Shown one piece after another: positions 25,866 to 39,527 of a stretch of 64,000 nucleotides of DNA. The notes under the pieces were generated by a model. That model made no database searches. It was not told the DNA's origin and saw nothing but the letters and a program-made list of their open reading frames with translations. This stretch comes from Paraspadella gotoi. Taxonomy: Eukaryota > Animalia > Chaetognatha. Position 1 is the stretch's first letter; the number at the start of each line of letters is the position of its first letter. The stretch is from contig CM119264.1 in assembly GCA_051294375.1 (NCBI GenBank), forward strand, positions 2,166,481 to 2,230,480, read 5' to 3'. The translations under genes were made by a program, and so were the position numbers.

Positions 25866-26557
25866 ATACAATAGGGTGAAATGAAAGTTTGGAATCAAAA
25901 TTTAATAATTATATTTTGAAAACTATCATATTAATGAATACTAATTTATAATTATTTTTTTAATAAATAATTTTTTTAATAGCCCAGTCAGATTATTTTG
26001 TATTCTTATATAATATCAAAATTTAATTTTTTTTTTAGATTCCGAGAACAGATTCAGATTCCTTGTTAAAAGTTGATAAAAAAAAATTATAAATCTTTTT
26101 CAAAAATTATGTTATTAAATATGTTAAAATTATAAAAAAACTATGTTTGTTGAATTGAAATATTAACAAAAAAATAAATGTACTTGTAATACCCATAAAA
26201 ATACTACTTAAATATAAAAAAACTATATTTTTAAATTAAAAATTAATATCTTAAACATAGTTTTTTTATATTTCTGACCAACTTAATGAAAGAATTTTTA
26301 ATAAAGAATTATACTTTCTTAAATCAACTTTTTATAAAGAATCCAAATCCGATCTTAAAATTAAAAAAATTTACATTTTAAAATTTTAAACTATTATATA
26401 CTTATTACTATGTATAAATATAGCTCACTGGTGCCTACTAATATAAAAACTAAAAAAATAAATTTACCAAAATATTTTTATTAGTTTTTATTTTTATGTT
26501 TTATATGCTAAATTTTTATTTTATAAAATTTTATTATTTTCACATCACTCTAATATA
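25866..26557. mobile_element. Degenerate long palindromic MITE (possibly Tc1/mariner-derived)
   Basis: Exact 18-bp inverted match tataaaaaaactatgttt (26131) / aaacatagtttttttata (26253); degenerate mirror arms around 26040-26095 and 26310-26360; ends tacaatagggtgaaatgaaa / tttcacatcactctaatata. Confidence 0.5.
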
Positions 26558-27595
26558 CAACAATTAACAGTTATTAAAGGGACCATGATGAGACCCATAA
26601 TAAATTCCAAGGCAACATTAATATGTAAAAATATAAACTCAAATATTATGTATATTATGAGTGATTCTCATTATCTTCGTTGAGGTTAATAGTAAAAATA
26701 TTATTATATAGTAACCATTTTACAAAATACGAAATAGTTTCGTAAATCAGACCAACCAGTAACTTAGATATGGAATTAATGGAGAATTCCTAAATTGGTT
26801 GTACCAATTAGAATTTCATAAAACTCATTTCCCAGTACTCGTGCTCCGTTTCAATCTTTTTTGAAATATCTCTAACCGGTAGCATAATTTTTTATTCAAA
26901 TCTTCCTCTCCAAAATAATAAATTTTTAATTTTAAAAATATCATGAGTTTTTCTGATAGCGAGATATATAACGTCATCTAACCAATAAAGACTCCAGAAA
27001 TATTTCCATAAATTGTTGTATTAAGAAATAACAATAATTATTGCGGAATGGCAATTATGTTTTTTTACCATTCTTTGTCGTTCATAAATATTAAATACTA
27101 AAAACAATAATAATCAAACCTTTTGACAATAACCTCTCTTTCAAACGTAGAATAAAATTCCCCAAAATTAATTAGTCAAGTTGATGAGAATCGACGAATG
27201 ATAATAAAAAGAATTATCCACCAAACTCGAGCAGCTATCCTTTTCAACGGCCATTATTCGCTCAAGAGGTGCAGTGCACAACGCACGTCTGACCCAATAA
27301 AGTGGAGCGAGAAAATCTTTTCTTTCCTCAAGTGAATCCTTCACTTTTTGCTCTTGTAAGAAACATAGGATCTCCTCTCGTCGAACCCGTGTGCAAAGTT
27401 GCAGTCTTCGCCATAAGGACAGGGATTACTTTTGATCCAATGTTTGCAGACCCGCGTCTTGAACCTGGGAGTCCCGCACGCAGTTGAATCGAATCTTTAA
27501 ACTTAACCGTTTCAAAGAAACCCAGCGTCCCACTCGGAGGGACAAAAAAACAAATCTCCCATAAAATTACTGAACTAACCGTAATTAATACTTCC

Positions 27596-29766
27596 CTATT
27601 CACTCATCGCCCCCAACCTGGGATCTTCAGGATCAAGCAGCTTCTTCTCACTGTCCGAGTATTCGCCGCCTCCTCCGCCACCGCCCATGCGACGGTCACG
27701 GTTAAAACTTCTGTCGGTTTCGCCGATGCCACGCCCATCCAACCCTCCGCCGCTGCTGCTACTGGCGCCACTTCCTCCGCGTTCACAAAATCCAAAACTG
27801 ACACCTTTGCGTCCGCCTTTATCGTCGCCGCCGCCGCACGCGAACTTTACCTTGGTCTTGCGGAATCTCGGTGGCTGCTGCCACACTTCGCCGTTCGGTA
27901 GGATAGCTTGAAATATCCTTCCTTTCTTTTGCTGCTGCTGATGAGGCGGAGGAGAGCAGCGGCGACGGTGGCGAGGAGGTGAGGGCGACTTCACTTCGAC
28001 GGGTGGAAAGCAAGGGTGACGCTTATTACGATCGAAGCGGGAATCGCGGCGCTGAGGCCGCGGCGGCGGCGGCGACGGCGTCGGGGACTTGCGAGGAGGC
28101 GGTGAGGGCGGCGGCGAGGGCGGTGGAGAAACGACGCGGGACTTGACGGGAGGTAGACCCGACGTCGCCGACAATTTTCGGTTGATGGCCTCGAGGGTTT
28201 TGGCGCCGTTGCGCGACGCCGACGGCGAATGCGCTCGAATCCTCGATCTGAGTCATATTACAAGAATTTTAAAACTACTACCAACTACATCGATACCTCT
28301 TAACAACTTGACTTGATCCTGGAACGTCTCTCCCTCGACGACGAATCCGAATGTTCCTTTTCCCTCCTCGTTTTACTCTTCTTCCTCCTCCTCCTCTTCC
28401 TCTCCCCCATCTCCTCTCCCTCGCTCGTCTCACCGCCGCATCGATCGCTCGACGAGTCTAACCGCGTTCGCTTGACCCGCGGAAAGTCGGGACTCGGCGC
28501 CAAAACAGGACTCCGCGTCAACGGCGCCCGCTGCTCCACCAGCAGTTCCGCGTCTCGCTTCTGCGCCTCTTTGCGCTTCTGCTGCAAGTGCTGCAGATGC
28601 TGCTTCAAACGCTGCTGCTGCTGCCGTTTGCGGTTAATTTCTTCGTCTTCCTCGTCGGTGACGTAGACGGAAGTCATTTTGGTCTTTCCACCTTCGTGGT
28701 AAACGAAGGGAGTGTCTGGGATCAACGGGTGGGTGGATTTTAACAACCCGACTTGTGGAATTTTAATTATCTATTTCTGCCCCTCCAAACCCTACCTTCC
28801 GGAGATTCAGTTTCGGGTTTGATGGACCGAATCGAAGACTCGTTTGCCTGGAGGGCGTGGTCAACTGGTTCCGAGGGGGCGGCGGTTGCGTGGGTTTCGC
28901 TAAATATTAAACCGGAATAGTAGTATTAAAAGGTAGTACATTAAAGTAAACTAACTGTAGTTTAGGCCAGGGATTTCTTTGTCACGGGTCCATTTTTCCA
29001 ACCTTGAACTGGCCTCACTCGGCGTCCGAGGTCCGCGCCCTTCGACCAAGGATTCTGAAGATGATCTTCGAGGAGACGGAGGAGTTCTGCACAGAAAGAC
29101 AGTTTCACCTCAATTTCAAACGGTGATGTTCGAGGATGAAGACCTCTTTGAACACACCTTGGCGGCTCTTTCTCTTCTGGAGCAGTTCTCTGGTCAACTT
29201 CCGAGTCAACGTCGCCCGACTGAACAGGATTTTACGACAGTGAAATTGGCATTAAAAGTCAGTGGAGATATCTTCATTTAAATATTCTGAAGCGCTATCC
29301 GCCAGAAGATAGCCGAACATGGAACAATATCGGTAAAATGCCATGAAGGCTTTTTTTTTTGTCTTTTTAAGACTAAATGGTTCTAAATCCAGCCATACCT
29401 CTATCGATATTTCTACCGAAACTAAGGGAATTAGAAATAGAGAGGTTGTCCATCAAACTTCCTTACTTTGTTGTGCTCATCCTCGACACCTTCGTTCTTG
29501 GGCGTCGGCGATCTCTTAGTCTTTTTCCGTCCGCCCTTCATCATCTTGGCCATGGATTGCCTGATGCCCGGCTGAAAGAAAGGCAGCATCGCCAACATCG
29601 GGTAAACTCCGTCGTCGTCATCCTCCTCCTCGCTCTCTTCCTCCTCCTCCTCATCATCTTCCAAGTTTTGAACAAATTTGGCCATTTGCACCAAAAATTT
29701 TCGAATTTTGTTGGGCTTTTTGGGCCGACGCTTCCCGACTTTGACGGAGGAAAACATGGACGTCAT
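27596..29766 (-). CDS. Uncharacterised low-complexity (acidic, Gln-, Pro/Ser/Arg-rich) protein, multi-exon
   Basis: ATG in gccgccgccATG context at 29766; GC-rich ORFs 29766-29467, ~29220-28795, 28750-28318 and 28260-27596 bounded by GT-AG sites. No recognisable domain; exon phases not fully resolved. Confidence 0.6.
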
Positions 29767-30314
29767 GGCGGCGGCAAAGAGTCGCGGACGGAAAAAAGGG
29801 ACAATAGGTAAGCGAGGCGCAATGGACTTTATAATTCCACCTCGAAAAAGTGTTTGCCTTTTGAAATGGGCTAGACTGTGGCTGAACGAAAAAAAAGTGC
29901 GAAATACAATTTGAAGATAAATGAGAACTTAAACAAACTAACGTCACGGTTTAAACGACTTTTCTTTAAAACAAACAGCGCGCTTCGAGCGAAAGATCTA
30001 AATTTACTAGCGCACAAAAATGAAAACATCTTCTGACTCTAAATCGATTACAAAATAAACTTTTAATTCTAACATGAATTTTTTTTTTAATCAGAGAGCT
30101 TAATAACAAAACGAGGATTAAAGAACAGATTATTTTGACATCAGAAACCAAATAAACAATAAAATGAGAATAAGGAATTCCCCTTTGCATTCAAGAAATT
30201 CCCAATTTATTTTGAACTTTTAACTGCGATTTCCAAAATAATGTGAACAAAAAGTAATACCGCTTCTTTTAAACAGTTTTCTTTTCTTGTTTCACGGCTC
30301 CGAGTGAATTTCTC

Positions 30315-31964
30315 TCAAGGCGGAGACGGAGATCGGGAGCGACTGCGCGAGTAGCGACGGCGACCAGCATCGCGAGAGCGAGAACGGGAGCGATAGCGTT
30401 CGCGTTCGCGATCACGATCGCGAGATCGAGACCTGAGAGAGAGCGAGATTGTGAAAGGGAAGGGAAAAAGTGAGATTAAAGGAGAATTGTTTTAACCCAG
30501 TGAACTCACGGATTCACTAATTTATCTTCTCGTCCTCGATACAAACTGGAATCGACTCTTAAAACTTCAAAACGAATTTCTTTTTCTCACACGGACTCTC
30601 GACCAGGTTTGAGTTACCGTTTTAAGGTCTGACGACAATAAAGAAGATATAAAGCAAATTGATTTGAAGTGTGGGGATAAATATGACGTTTTTCTCTGAC
30701 GACCGGGACGGCTGAACGGCTGAAGGGGGTGAAGATTGTCGGCTCTGTCGGGCGTCCAATTTTCCCGCGTTTTTAAGAAAAAAATCCGGTTATAGAAAAG
30801 GAAGTTTTCGAGTTGTTAGGGTTAAATGTATCTCTCAGTTACTGACTCAGTTAATCGTCAAGCTACACGGTTACCAGAGAGAAAAAAACTGTAGGTTTAA
30901 AGAATCAGAAATCAGTGACAGAATTTGGGAATGAAAGTAAAGAAGATGGGAGCAAAAAAGTTCCGACGAGGAATCCCGACGGCGGGTGGACCCGTTCTGA
31001 CGAGATTCTACGGATGTAGGGATGTGGGAGAGCTGCTCCCTTTCTTTGTCGACTTCCGATGAGACTGGAGAGTCGAGAGGTCGACCTTTTTTTATCTCTC
31101 TCTTTTTTTTTCTGATCAAGATCACTGCCGGGTCGAAAACAGGTCACGGGGACGATTATCGCTGAAGTGTGAGAGGCCGACACCCTTTTTCTCATTCATT
31201 TGATGAAGAAGTGAAGAGTGATGTAACGGTTTAAGGGGGAATTAGCCTAGAAAAATAGGCGCGAGGGAAAAGGGGAGGGGAAACGTCATCAATCCATTCC
31301 AAAAAATACATACGTCATGGCGATAAAATAAAGAATAAATATAATAATAATAATGGATAGATAAAAAAAAAAAACCATAGCAAAGGAAAAGATAAAAGAT
31401 AGTTATTTTTTCCTGTCTGAGCGATGCAACGCCACAGAGTTAGCGCTCTCTCTCTCTGGCTCTCTCTCTCATTCAAACTTCTCTTCAACGTCGGTACGTC
31501 TTTCCTCACCTCGATCGCCACTGTCGCCTGGGCGGCGACCATCTTCCTCTCGTATCCCTCCTGAATCCGCCTCCTCCACCGCCACCTCTGCCACCCTCGC
31601 GACGGCTGCGCCCGTGCGACATCTCCACCCGGACGCGAGTGTTGCCGATCCTCGTCCCGTCCAGGTTTTTGCAAGCTTCGGAAGCATCGCGGGGATCCTC
31701 GAACTCCACGAAAGCGAATCCCGGAGGGTTGCGCGCAACCCACACGTTTCTGCGAGGAAAAGGTTTCGGGAAACGAAAAGAAAGAAAAATATGAATATAA
31801 ATTTATTGCAGGAATAAATATGATATCTAAAACTTTTCCGTGTCCAAATCAAACCTGAGCGTTCCGATTTTGGCGAATGGTTCCTCAACTTCTCGTTCGG
31901 AAGCCTTAGGGTCCAAATCGCCCACGTAGACTTTGCATTCAATCGGCCAAGAGCGGCGAGACAT
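30315..31964 (-). CDS. Serine/arginine-rich splicing factor SRSF3/SRSF7 (Rbp1-like)
   Basis: Exon 1 [17 protein letters not shown], exon 2 [31 protein letters not shown], exon 3 (30433-30315) RS domain [19 protein letters not shown]. Confidence 0.92.
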
Positions 31965-32465
31965 TTTCGCTCCTGATTTTTTCGCGGCTTAAATTCAGTG
32001 TTTTTAAATTTTTTGTTGTTTTTTTTGGCTGCAAGATTATTCAAAACGTATCGACTGAAGGAAATTCCGACTTACGAGGTTGGCGAACACCTTGCGTTTT
32101 CTAACGAGAACATCCAATTCAATTGGGATTCTCTCGAGGCGATTAAATAACAATAAGCTACCATGTAATTTTAAAAAACCGACAAAATCCGTTATTTTTT
32201 TGGCAAACGGACAACTGTCACTAATAAAAATATTCTCGGTTCCTCTTTTCCCCACACTAGTACATAACGCTAATTCGGATTCCATCTCGCCGTCTCGTAC
32301 TCAATTTGAGCAAAAGAAAAAATTAAGAGGGAATAAATAACGTAAAAGGGGTCGGGACACTGCGTCGTGTGATTGGAAGGCTGACTAGAGAAATGTAAGA
32401 AACGGCGAAAAACGTATGGATCGGTTTAGAGATTTGTTGAAGGCCTTTCGGGGGAGATGAGATTG

Positions 32466-34156
32466 TCACAAGCCTTTGTTGAAGAACACTCGGTCTGGGG
32501 GATCCTTCATCGCCTAAAAATTTAAAACGGAAAACCGTAAAGACCCGTTTCATTTTGTGTTTGGCGGTTATTAACTTCTACCTCAATCGGCTCCCTGGCT
32601 TCGCACTCCAAGTCTTTGACGAGCATGCAACTCTCTTGCGGGAAGAGAGCGCAGCAAAGCGGGGTGGCCAAAACGAGACAAACGCCCACCATTGCCACCT
32701 GGTGGGGAGGATTTTAAACGAGTTATCATCAGTTCACCCTTTGGTTTGAATAGAGAAATGGGCGACGTCGTCGTTGTACCTGAATCGGCGCCGCGAGAGC
32801 GGGATATTTTTTGAGAAAGCCTTTCTCTAGTTTGATCATCGCGAGCGGAGGAATCGCCATTCCTGCGCAACGAATTGCCCAGGTTTTGTTCATTAACTTA
32901 TTATTCTTTCTTCAAAAATTATTTAAGCTTAAAACAATAACCTGGCGACGCCATCATTATTCGGCTAAACGTGACTTGAGCGATGGCGCTTTTGGCTGCG
33001 GCTTTCGATTTTCCCAAAGGATTCCCATCCTCGTCCATTATATCAATTCCTGGATATAAAATTTCAAAAAAGGAAAATCTAAATCTAGATTTAACTTTAA
33101 ATTCTGCCGCTCCGTTTACCTACCGTTCTCAATCTCGGACATCCTCATGAAGGGGATGTTGATGCAGTTTGCGCCGGCGACTGCGGCGAAGGGCACGAGC
33201 TTTCCAAAAATCGGTGGCAATTTCTTGACGGAGGCGTTGAGAGTGAGCGCTGTTGTGAGGGCGCCGCCCGTGGCCAAAGCGTAGGACTGCGCCAACTGTC
33301 GGATCGGGGAGGAAAACGAACCGATTTTATTCAAGGCGGACGACGAGGATAAGAAAAGCTCGAGCGTCTTTAAGACTAAAAGGCCTACATCTCATTTTCT
33401 TCCGCCACAACATCACGCGCGGATTCCTCGATCTTCCGGGCACCTTGTTCATAGAAACCGGGGAGTTTCCCGACCGGTTGGTGTAGTTGACGATGGCGTT
33501 GAAAGTTTGATTGATCCACTGCCAAAAGATGACGGCGGGGGTGGTGCGGTAGAAGGTCATCATGCAGCCTTGGGAGTGGATAAACATTAAACAAACATTT
33601 TGGGAAAATTACCCCGCGTGGAGAAATTGCCCCCACCTACCGGTGATCGTCATGTTCATCGGAACTTGCGCCGACATTCGACCGAGGATGAACATTTTCT
33701 CCTTCGTGTCCGGATGAAAGGCGCTGTCGTAAAGAAACTTTGCCCGCCAAATCTCATCTTCTGTTTTCTTGCACTTTAAGGTTCCGTTTCTGGTGAATTA
33801 TCAAATGAAGCAATCTCTATTAAAAACTTTTAATAAAAAGTGAGAGAACCCTATAACCAATAAGGTTAAGATTTAAACAACGCGTACTGGTAACCCTCGA
33901 CGATCCGCTTGGCGTCGTCGAGCTGCTTTGACGTGGCCAGGACATTGAGGGGATTCGTGGTGACGAAAAAGTGTTTGGCCCGACCGGTGAAGGTTGACTG
34001 ATCCCATCGCGGCTTCGTTAAGTCGATAATCGGAAGTTCGGGAGGAGGTTTTCTATTATTTTGATTGCTGAGATATTTAAAATAATTTTGGTTGAAAGTT
34101 AAATAGAAAACGGGTCCGTCAATAATTAATTTATGACATTATTACTTAATATCCAT
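32466..34156 (-). CDS. SFXN1: Sideroflexin (SFXN1/3-like mitochondrial transporter)
   Basis: [72 protein letters not shown]-terminus VFFNKGL*. The frame is open upstream of 34156, so the N-terminus may be longer. Confidence 0.93.
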
Positions 34157-34990
34157 GGATTCGACCGCGGTGGGGACGTCTAAAGCGGCGTTGACAACGT
34201 GCCCGACGGAGATTTCTTCTAATTTCCTCTCTGTTTAAGAATTATATAATTTTATCTTCATCTTCATCAAATTTATTAATAATACAAACGTAAATTGACT
34301 GAAGCTAATTTTAGTGCTGCGAAAAATCAATAGGTTTTTAGTTGAATATGAAGCGAAAATGTAGCAAAACGTGCAGAATAAACAAACAATAAACACCCTT
34401 TTCTACCTTTCATTATGATAGTTTCTTCTCATTACAGCTGCTACATCTTTTTAAATCAAGGTCTCTGAGAACTAGGCTTTTAATTCTTACTTATAAGAAA
34501 ACAGCTTTAACTGTAAGAAATCTTGCAAGCGATGGATGAGATAACGATGATTTATAAAAAAGTCCGATTTATAAAAAAGTAACAGGAATTAACCCTTCAC
34601 TAAAAAGCACTCGAAAACTATGAGAAGGTGGCTGTTAGAGGGAGAATTTTGTGGGCTTTATTCAAATGTTTCAGGTCAATTTCGAAACTTGCATCACTTT
34701 TATTTTTTAAAGGTCAAGATGCATAATAAAATGAAGGCTCCAATTAAGACGTCAACCAAAATATTATCATCAACGTCATTATTTAAAACGCCGAGACGAC
34801 AAAAAGTAGAATTGCGGTCAAGAAGAGTCGCCAAAATCGAGTAAAAAGTTCTAAGAGGCACATGACGATAAGTCTCGTTCAGAAGGGACAGTTTAGTCTG
34901 AAAGTCATTCGTTCTAAAACAAAAAAAAACAACAAATTTGGGTCAATAAAAAACCGGAAAAAAAGGGAAAAATTATAAATGATTTCATTT

Positions 34991-36631
34991 TCAAGTATAA
35001 AGTTCAAAGTCTATCCTATTGGAATTGTACAAATTGGCCAAGTCTTCGTTGACGTCCTGGCGATCCTTCCTCAGCCAGACTCCCTCAGGAAAATATCCCA
35101 AGTCGGTCCAAGTCTTCATCTGCGTCGAAGGAAAAGGTCCGTGTTCCTCCGCCTGATGTGACTTTTCCCACCTGTACCACCAGTGGACCTCGTGGGAAAA
35201 GTCTTGAGGCGCCGCCGATTCGCCCACCGACGTCGACGGCGTCTTTTTTTCGTCGGCGTCGCTCTTCGTTCCCAGTTTCTCGGCGTCGATTTCGTCGGCG
35301 AACATGTCGAGCGCGTCGTCGTCATCGACGGCCGCCACCGACGCCGCCGGTTTATTCCGCGCCATCTCGTGCTGGAGTTTCTCGGCAGTTGATTCGTAGA
35401 CGCCCAAGTCGCCGGACTGGAGTAGTTGATCGGCAAGGGCGGTGAGGCGAAGCATTGACTCCTTTCCTTCCTTTTCTTTTTCTTCTTCCTCCTCAGTCTT
35501 CTCCGATTCGCTTCCTTTCTTCTTCCTCCATCGATTTGCCGTCGGGGCTTTCCCGCCGCCGAGACGTTTGATGGCTTTGAACACGTTTTCGCCTTTTCAA
35601 AGGAAAAGAGGAACCGAGTCTTGTAACACTTTTTTAAAAAAATGTTTAATGCATACTTAAAATTTGTTATTTAAAATATATCTTCGCAGTTGATAAAACT
35701 TATGCCACTAAGCAACTTAATTGAATTTATAAAAATTCAAATAAGTCGTTATTCCATTACTCACCCGGTTTCATCAAGGAAATCATTTCCTCGTAAAGCG
35801 GAATCTTCTCTTTCCACCCGATCACCGAAGGCGTGTAATCCTCCACGTTATTTTCTTCATCGTCGTCGTCGTCGTCTTTTTCCGCGTTTTCCTTTTGACG
35901 AATTCTCTTCCAATCAACGTTGTCCAACCAAGCGTCCTGTTAACCGATTTGTATTATAATAACCGATTAGATATAAACATTCGTTCCTCTTCGCCCCCCC
36001 CCCTCTTCAGTCCACATTATCCCCATTACCTTAATTTCGGCGTCCTTCTTGAAGAAGTAATTCCCCTCCTTGTCGAAGTGTCCCTCTTCCATCTCCTCCC
36101 GCATGTTGAAAGGCGTTATCTTTTCCCCGTCGTCGAAGTCGACCGTGTCGTCTTCTTGTCCTTCGACGTCGTCTTCTGTCATCACGTTGTACTTGGACGC
36201 CTCGGGCTCCTCGTCCTCCTCGTCGCTGTCCAGGGTGTGCTTGAAGGACAAAGAGGGGGGAGTCGGTAAAGGATTCGCTGGAGTGATGGGATAAAAAAGT
36301 CGACTCAATGAAAAGAATTAAGAAATGCAATAGGTTTAATAACTATAACTTTGGGGGCCGAGATATAATATTAATTAATATAAATTATAATAATAACTTA
36401 CAATTTTCAGTTTTACGATTTTGAGTTATTTAACGTGTTTCAAATCCAAACCTTTTTCTTGGCGAGGACTTCGTCGCCATCTTGCTCGGTCTTCCTCTCG
36501 ACGGGCAGCGGACCGGGACCGATAAATCCTTCTTCAGATTCGGTCACGTTGTCGTCGAATCGAACTGACTTTCCCTCCCGCGCCCCGCCAGCTCCAAACG
36601 GGAGCCCCTCCCCCGCTTTACGTTTCGACAT
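34991..36631 (-). CDS. CD2BP2: CD2 antigen cytoplasmic tail-binding protein 2 (U5-52K/Lin1), GYF domain
   Basis: KHTLDSDEED, ITPFNMREEMEEGHFDKEGNY, DAWLDNVDW, GPFPSTQMKTWTDLGYF, SNRIDFELYT*. Confidence 0.93.
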
Positions 36632-37157
36632 GATCTCAGGGCAAACGTTTAGAAGCGACCCCGAGATTTTTTTTTTTTTTGTATCTGAACTTGATAAAAA
36701 AAAACGTCAGATCAGGGAGAAAAAAATGCGGATAAAGAATGGAATGATCACAAATCGAGACAGAATCCGGGACCAAATACGATGGATGTAAACTAAGTTA
36801 AGTAAAAAAAAGTTTGTTCAATTCGTTAAAGAAGGAATGAGCGATTTTAATCGAAATACAATCAGACAAACTAGATTACGAAAAAAAACATTATACAGTA
36901 AATCGTAGCAGACGAAAATGACGGTCTTCGGTTGCGGTAGAGGCTTGTAGGTCCGGATTCCTCGCTACCAATTCGTTAAGGCGTTTAAAAAAGATTTCAT
37001 TGAATAACCGCTAAAATTGCGCCCTAAAAAACATTGCGGAGTGAAGAGTGAGAGACGGCGAATATGCAGAATTTTTTGAAATTTCCCTTTCCCCCATTTT
37101 TTTTTGTTTTGATTTAGTCTTCGTCTTACTTCATCTTAGTTTAACTTAAGTGATACT

Positions 37158-39286
37158 TTACAGTTCGTCCTTAAGGCTTTCAGGTGGCGGGGGTTCGACG
37201 GGCTCTTCCTTATCCGGCGGGGACTCGCAGACCGCCGGCGTGGTCATGCGGAATTCATATTCGCACCGCGAAGGCTCCGACACGGACGTCAGCTTTTCCT
37301 CTCCGCCGCACGAGAGGTGAACCTTGGCCGAGCGGTTGGGCCCGTTCCAGCAGCCCTGCCCGTGTTCGTATTTCATGAGCTGGTAGCCGCCCTCCCATCC
37401 TGTGAAAGTGCCCAGACTGGTCTCCCCGCCACCGTCCTTAGGTCGCTGGGATGCCCGGTCGTATAAGCAGAGGGTATAGAGGTACTCGCGGTCCTTGAAA
37501 TCGAAGCATTTGCCGTGTAGGGGAGAGAACTCGAAGGACCGACCCAAATCGAGGCCGACGATCTTCTCCACCTCGTTCATCTCGCGTTCGACTTCGCGGA
37601 ATCGCTCGTCGATTTTGTCGAAGGCGGAGCGGGCCGCGTCCGCCGCCGAAATCTGAGCTTTGGCGTCCGCGTCGTAATCCGGTTTGGCCAGATCAAGTTC
37701 TTCGTCGAAGGCGTCAGGGCCGGAGTCGGTCGTCGATGGGTGTTCGTCGTCGTGATGGTCATCATCGTGGTGATCATCATCCTCGTCTTCGGGATAGTTG
37801 TCTTCATCGTCTTCCCTTTCATCTTCACGTGCGTAGTCTTGATCGTCGTCCCTCTCATAATCCCTCTCGTAGCCGTGCACGTCCCTTTCCCTCTCCTCTT
37901 TATCCGATCCTTCAACGGGATCCTCGGGAAAAGGCTCGTCCAAGGGAAGAGCCTCGACGGAAGGCGTCGGCGCGTCTTCGCCGACTTCGACCGAGGGCGG
38001 CGCCGAGTCCTCGGCATCGCTTCTCAAGTCCGCCTCTTCCGCCGCCGGCGAAGGATCGATATTAACTTCGGCAGAGGCTTTGTATTTAGTCTCGATGTTC
38101 GACCAAACGTTGGCGAGGAAATTCTCGGCTCCGACTCCGGATTCCCCGATCAACGTTGTCGCCTCGAAAATGCTCATCGCTCCGTCGCCGTCCACGTCGA
38201 GATCGTGACGATCGGCGAGCTCCGCCGGCGTCAAAAGTCCGTCCGAGTTGAAGTCCAGAGACAGGAAGGCTTTCTCGGCGGCCAGGCGACGAAGCTCTTC
38301 GCGCCTGAGTGCCTGAGGGGGAAGGAAAGCGAATGAGATTCCCTTCATCGCTGGGGATCAGGCCAAAGAGTTGGCGGGCAAACCTTGAGGGCCTCCCAGT
38401 CAGCTTCGTGCTTGTCCTTGGCCTCCTTGGCGACGGCCTCGGCGGCATTCTTGGCGCGTTCGGCCTCATCTCGATCCGCTTGCATCCCCCCTTTTTCTCT
38501 CGCAATTCTTCCAGTTTGTTCGTCCGTTCGTCGTGCTCTTTGCGGCCTTGAATCGAGTACTCCAATCGCTTGGCCCAACCCTCGCGTTTCAGGGTCAACT
38601 GCTTCTCCGTTTCTTCGCGAAGGACCTGAGGATTTTATCCCAATGAATCATCTTTTAATTCTTGGTCAATGGTCATATGTTCTCCTTACCTTTCCTAGCT
38701 CGACGCAACTATTGACGCATTGAGTGACGCCGCGCCACTCGTCAGTTCCGTCGCAACAATCACAGATGCCGTCGTTGACGCGCGAAGAAGGGATCACAAG
38801 AGGCGTGTATTCAAAGTTGGCGCAATAGAAGGTTCCCTGTGAATGAGAAAAAAATTAATCAGAAAGAGAATGTTTTTCAGAATTGCAATCAATAACCGAA
38901 AATCATTCCTTCCCTCTTCGGCTTAAGAGTCGTACCTGCGGGCAGGCGGAAGTGCCCGGCTCGTCGGACCCGTCCTTGCAGTCGCAGTAGTCGTCGTTGA
39001 CCTGATTGACGGGGATGAGCCGCGAGCCGTCGAGGCAGGCGAATGTCTGCAGATTGGGATTGTAGAGGGCGCGCTTCATGAGGGGGACGCCGCGGGTTAG
39101 GGCGAGATCGTCGGTGGCGCCTATGATATGCCCCGACCGCGCCGACAGCAGCAGCAGCTGCGAGAGTAGGCAGAGCATCGCCGAGCGCGAGACTGAGATC
39201 AAGAGCGGAGAGGGAAGGACGGAGGAACGGGGATTCGAGTTCATAATGACTGACGGTGAGCGAGAGAAGGAAAGGCGAGGCACCAT
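37158..39286 (-). CDS. PRKCSH: Glucosidase II beta subunit (one apparent frameshift at G6 run 38486-38491)
   Basis: Signal peptide, [43 protein letters not shown]-hands, acidic tract, MRH domain ([18 protein letters not shown]), C-terminal KDEL. The start could be a downstream Met. Confidence 0.93.
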
Positions 39287-39527
39287 AGTATTACGGCACT
39301 GAAGGAGTTAGTAGAGGGGGACAGAGATATATAAAACCCGATCGCTGCGTCCCCTCGCGCAATCAGTCGGAATTGTTTTCAATGGGTTTTCTTTTTTTTA
39401 TATATATAAAAAGAATAATAAAAAAGGAAAATTATATAAAAACGAAAACGAAAGAAACACGGGGAGAGAGTTTGAAAAGTGTCAAAAAACAACCTAAATG
39501 AAAATAGGGGAAAAGAAAAAAAAAGCA

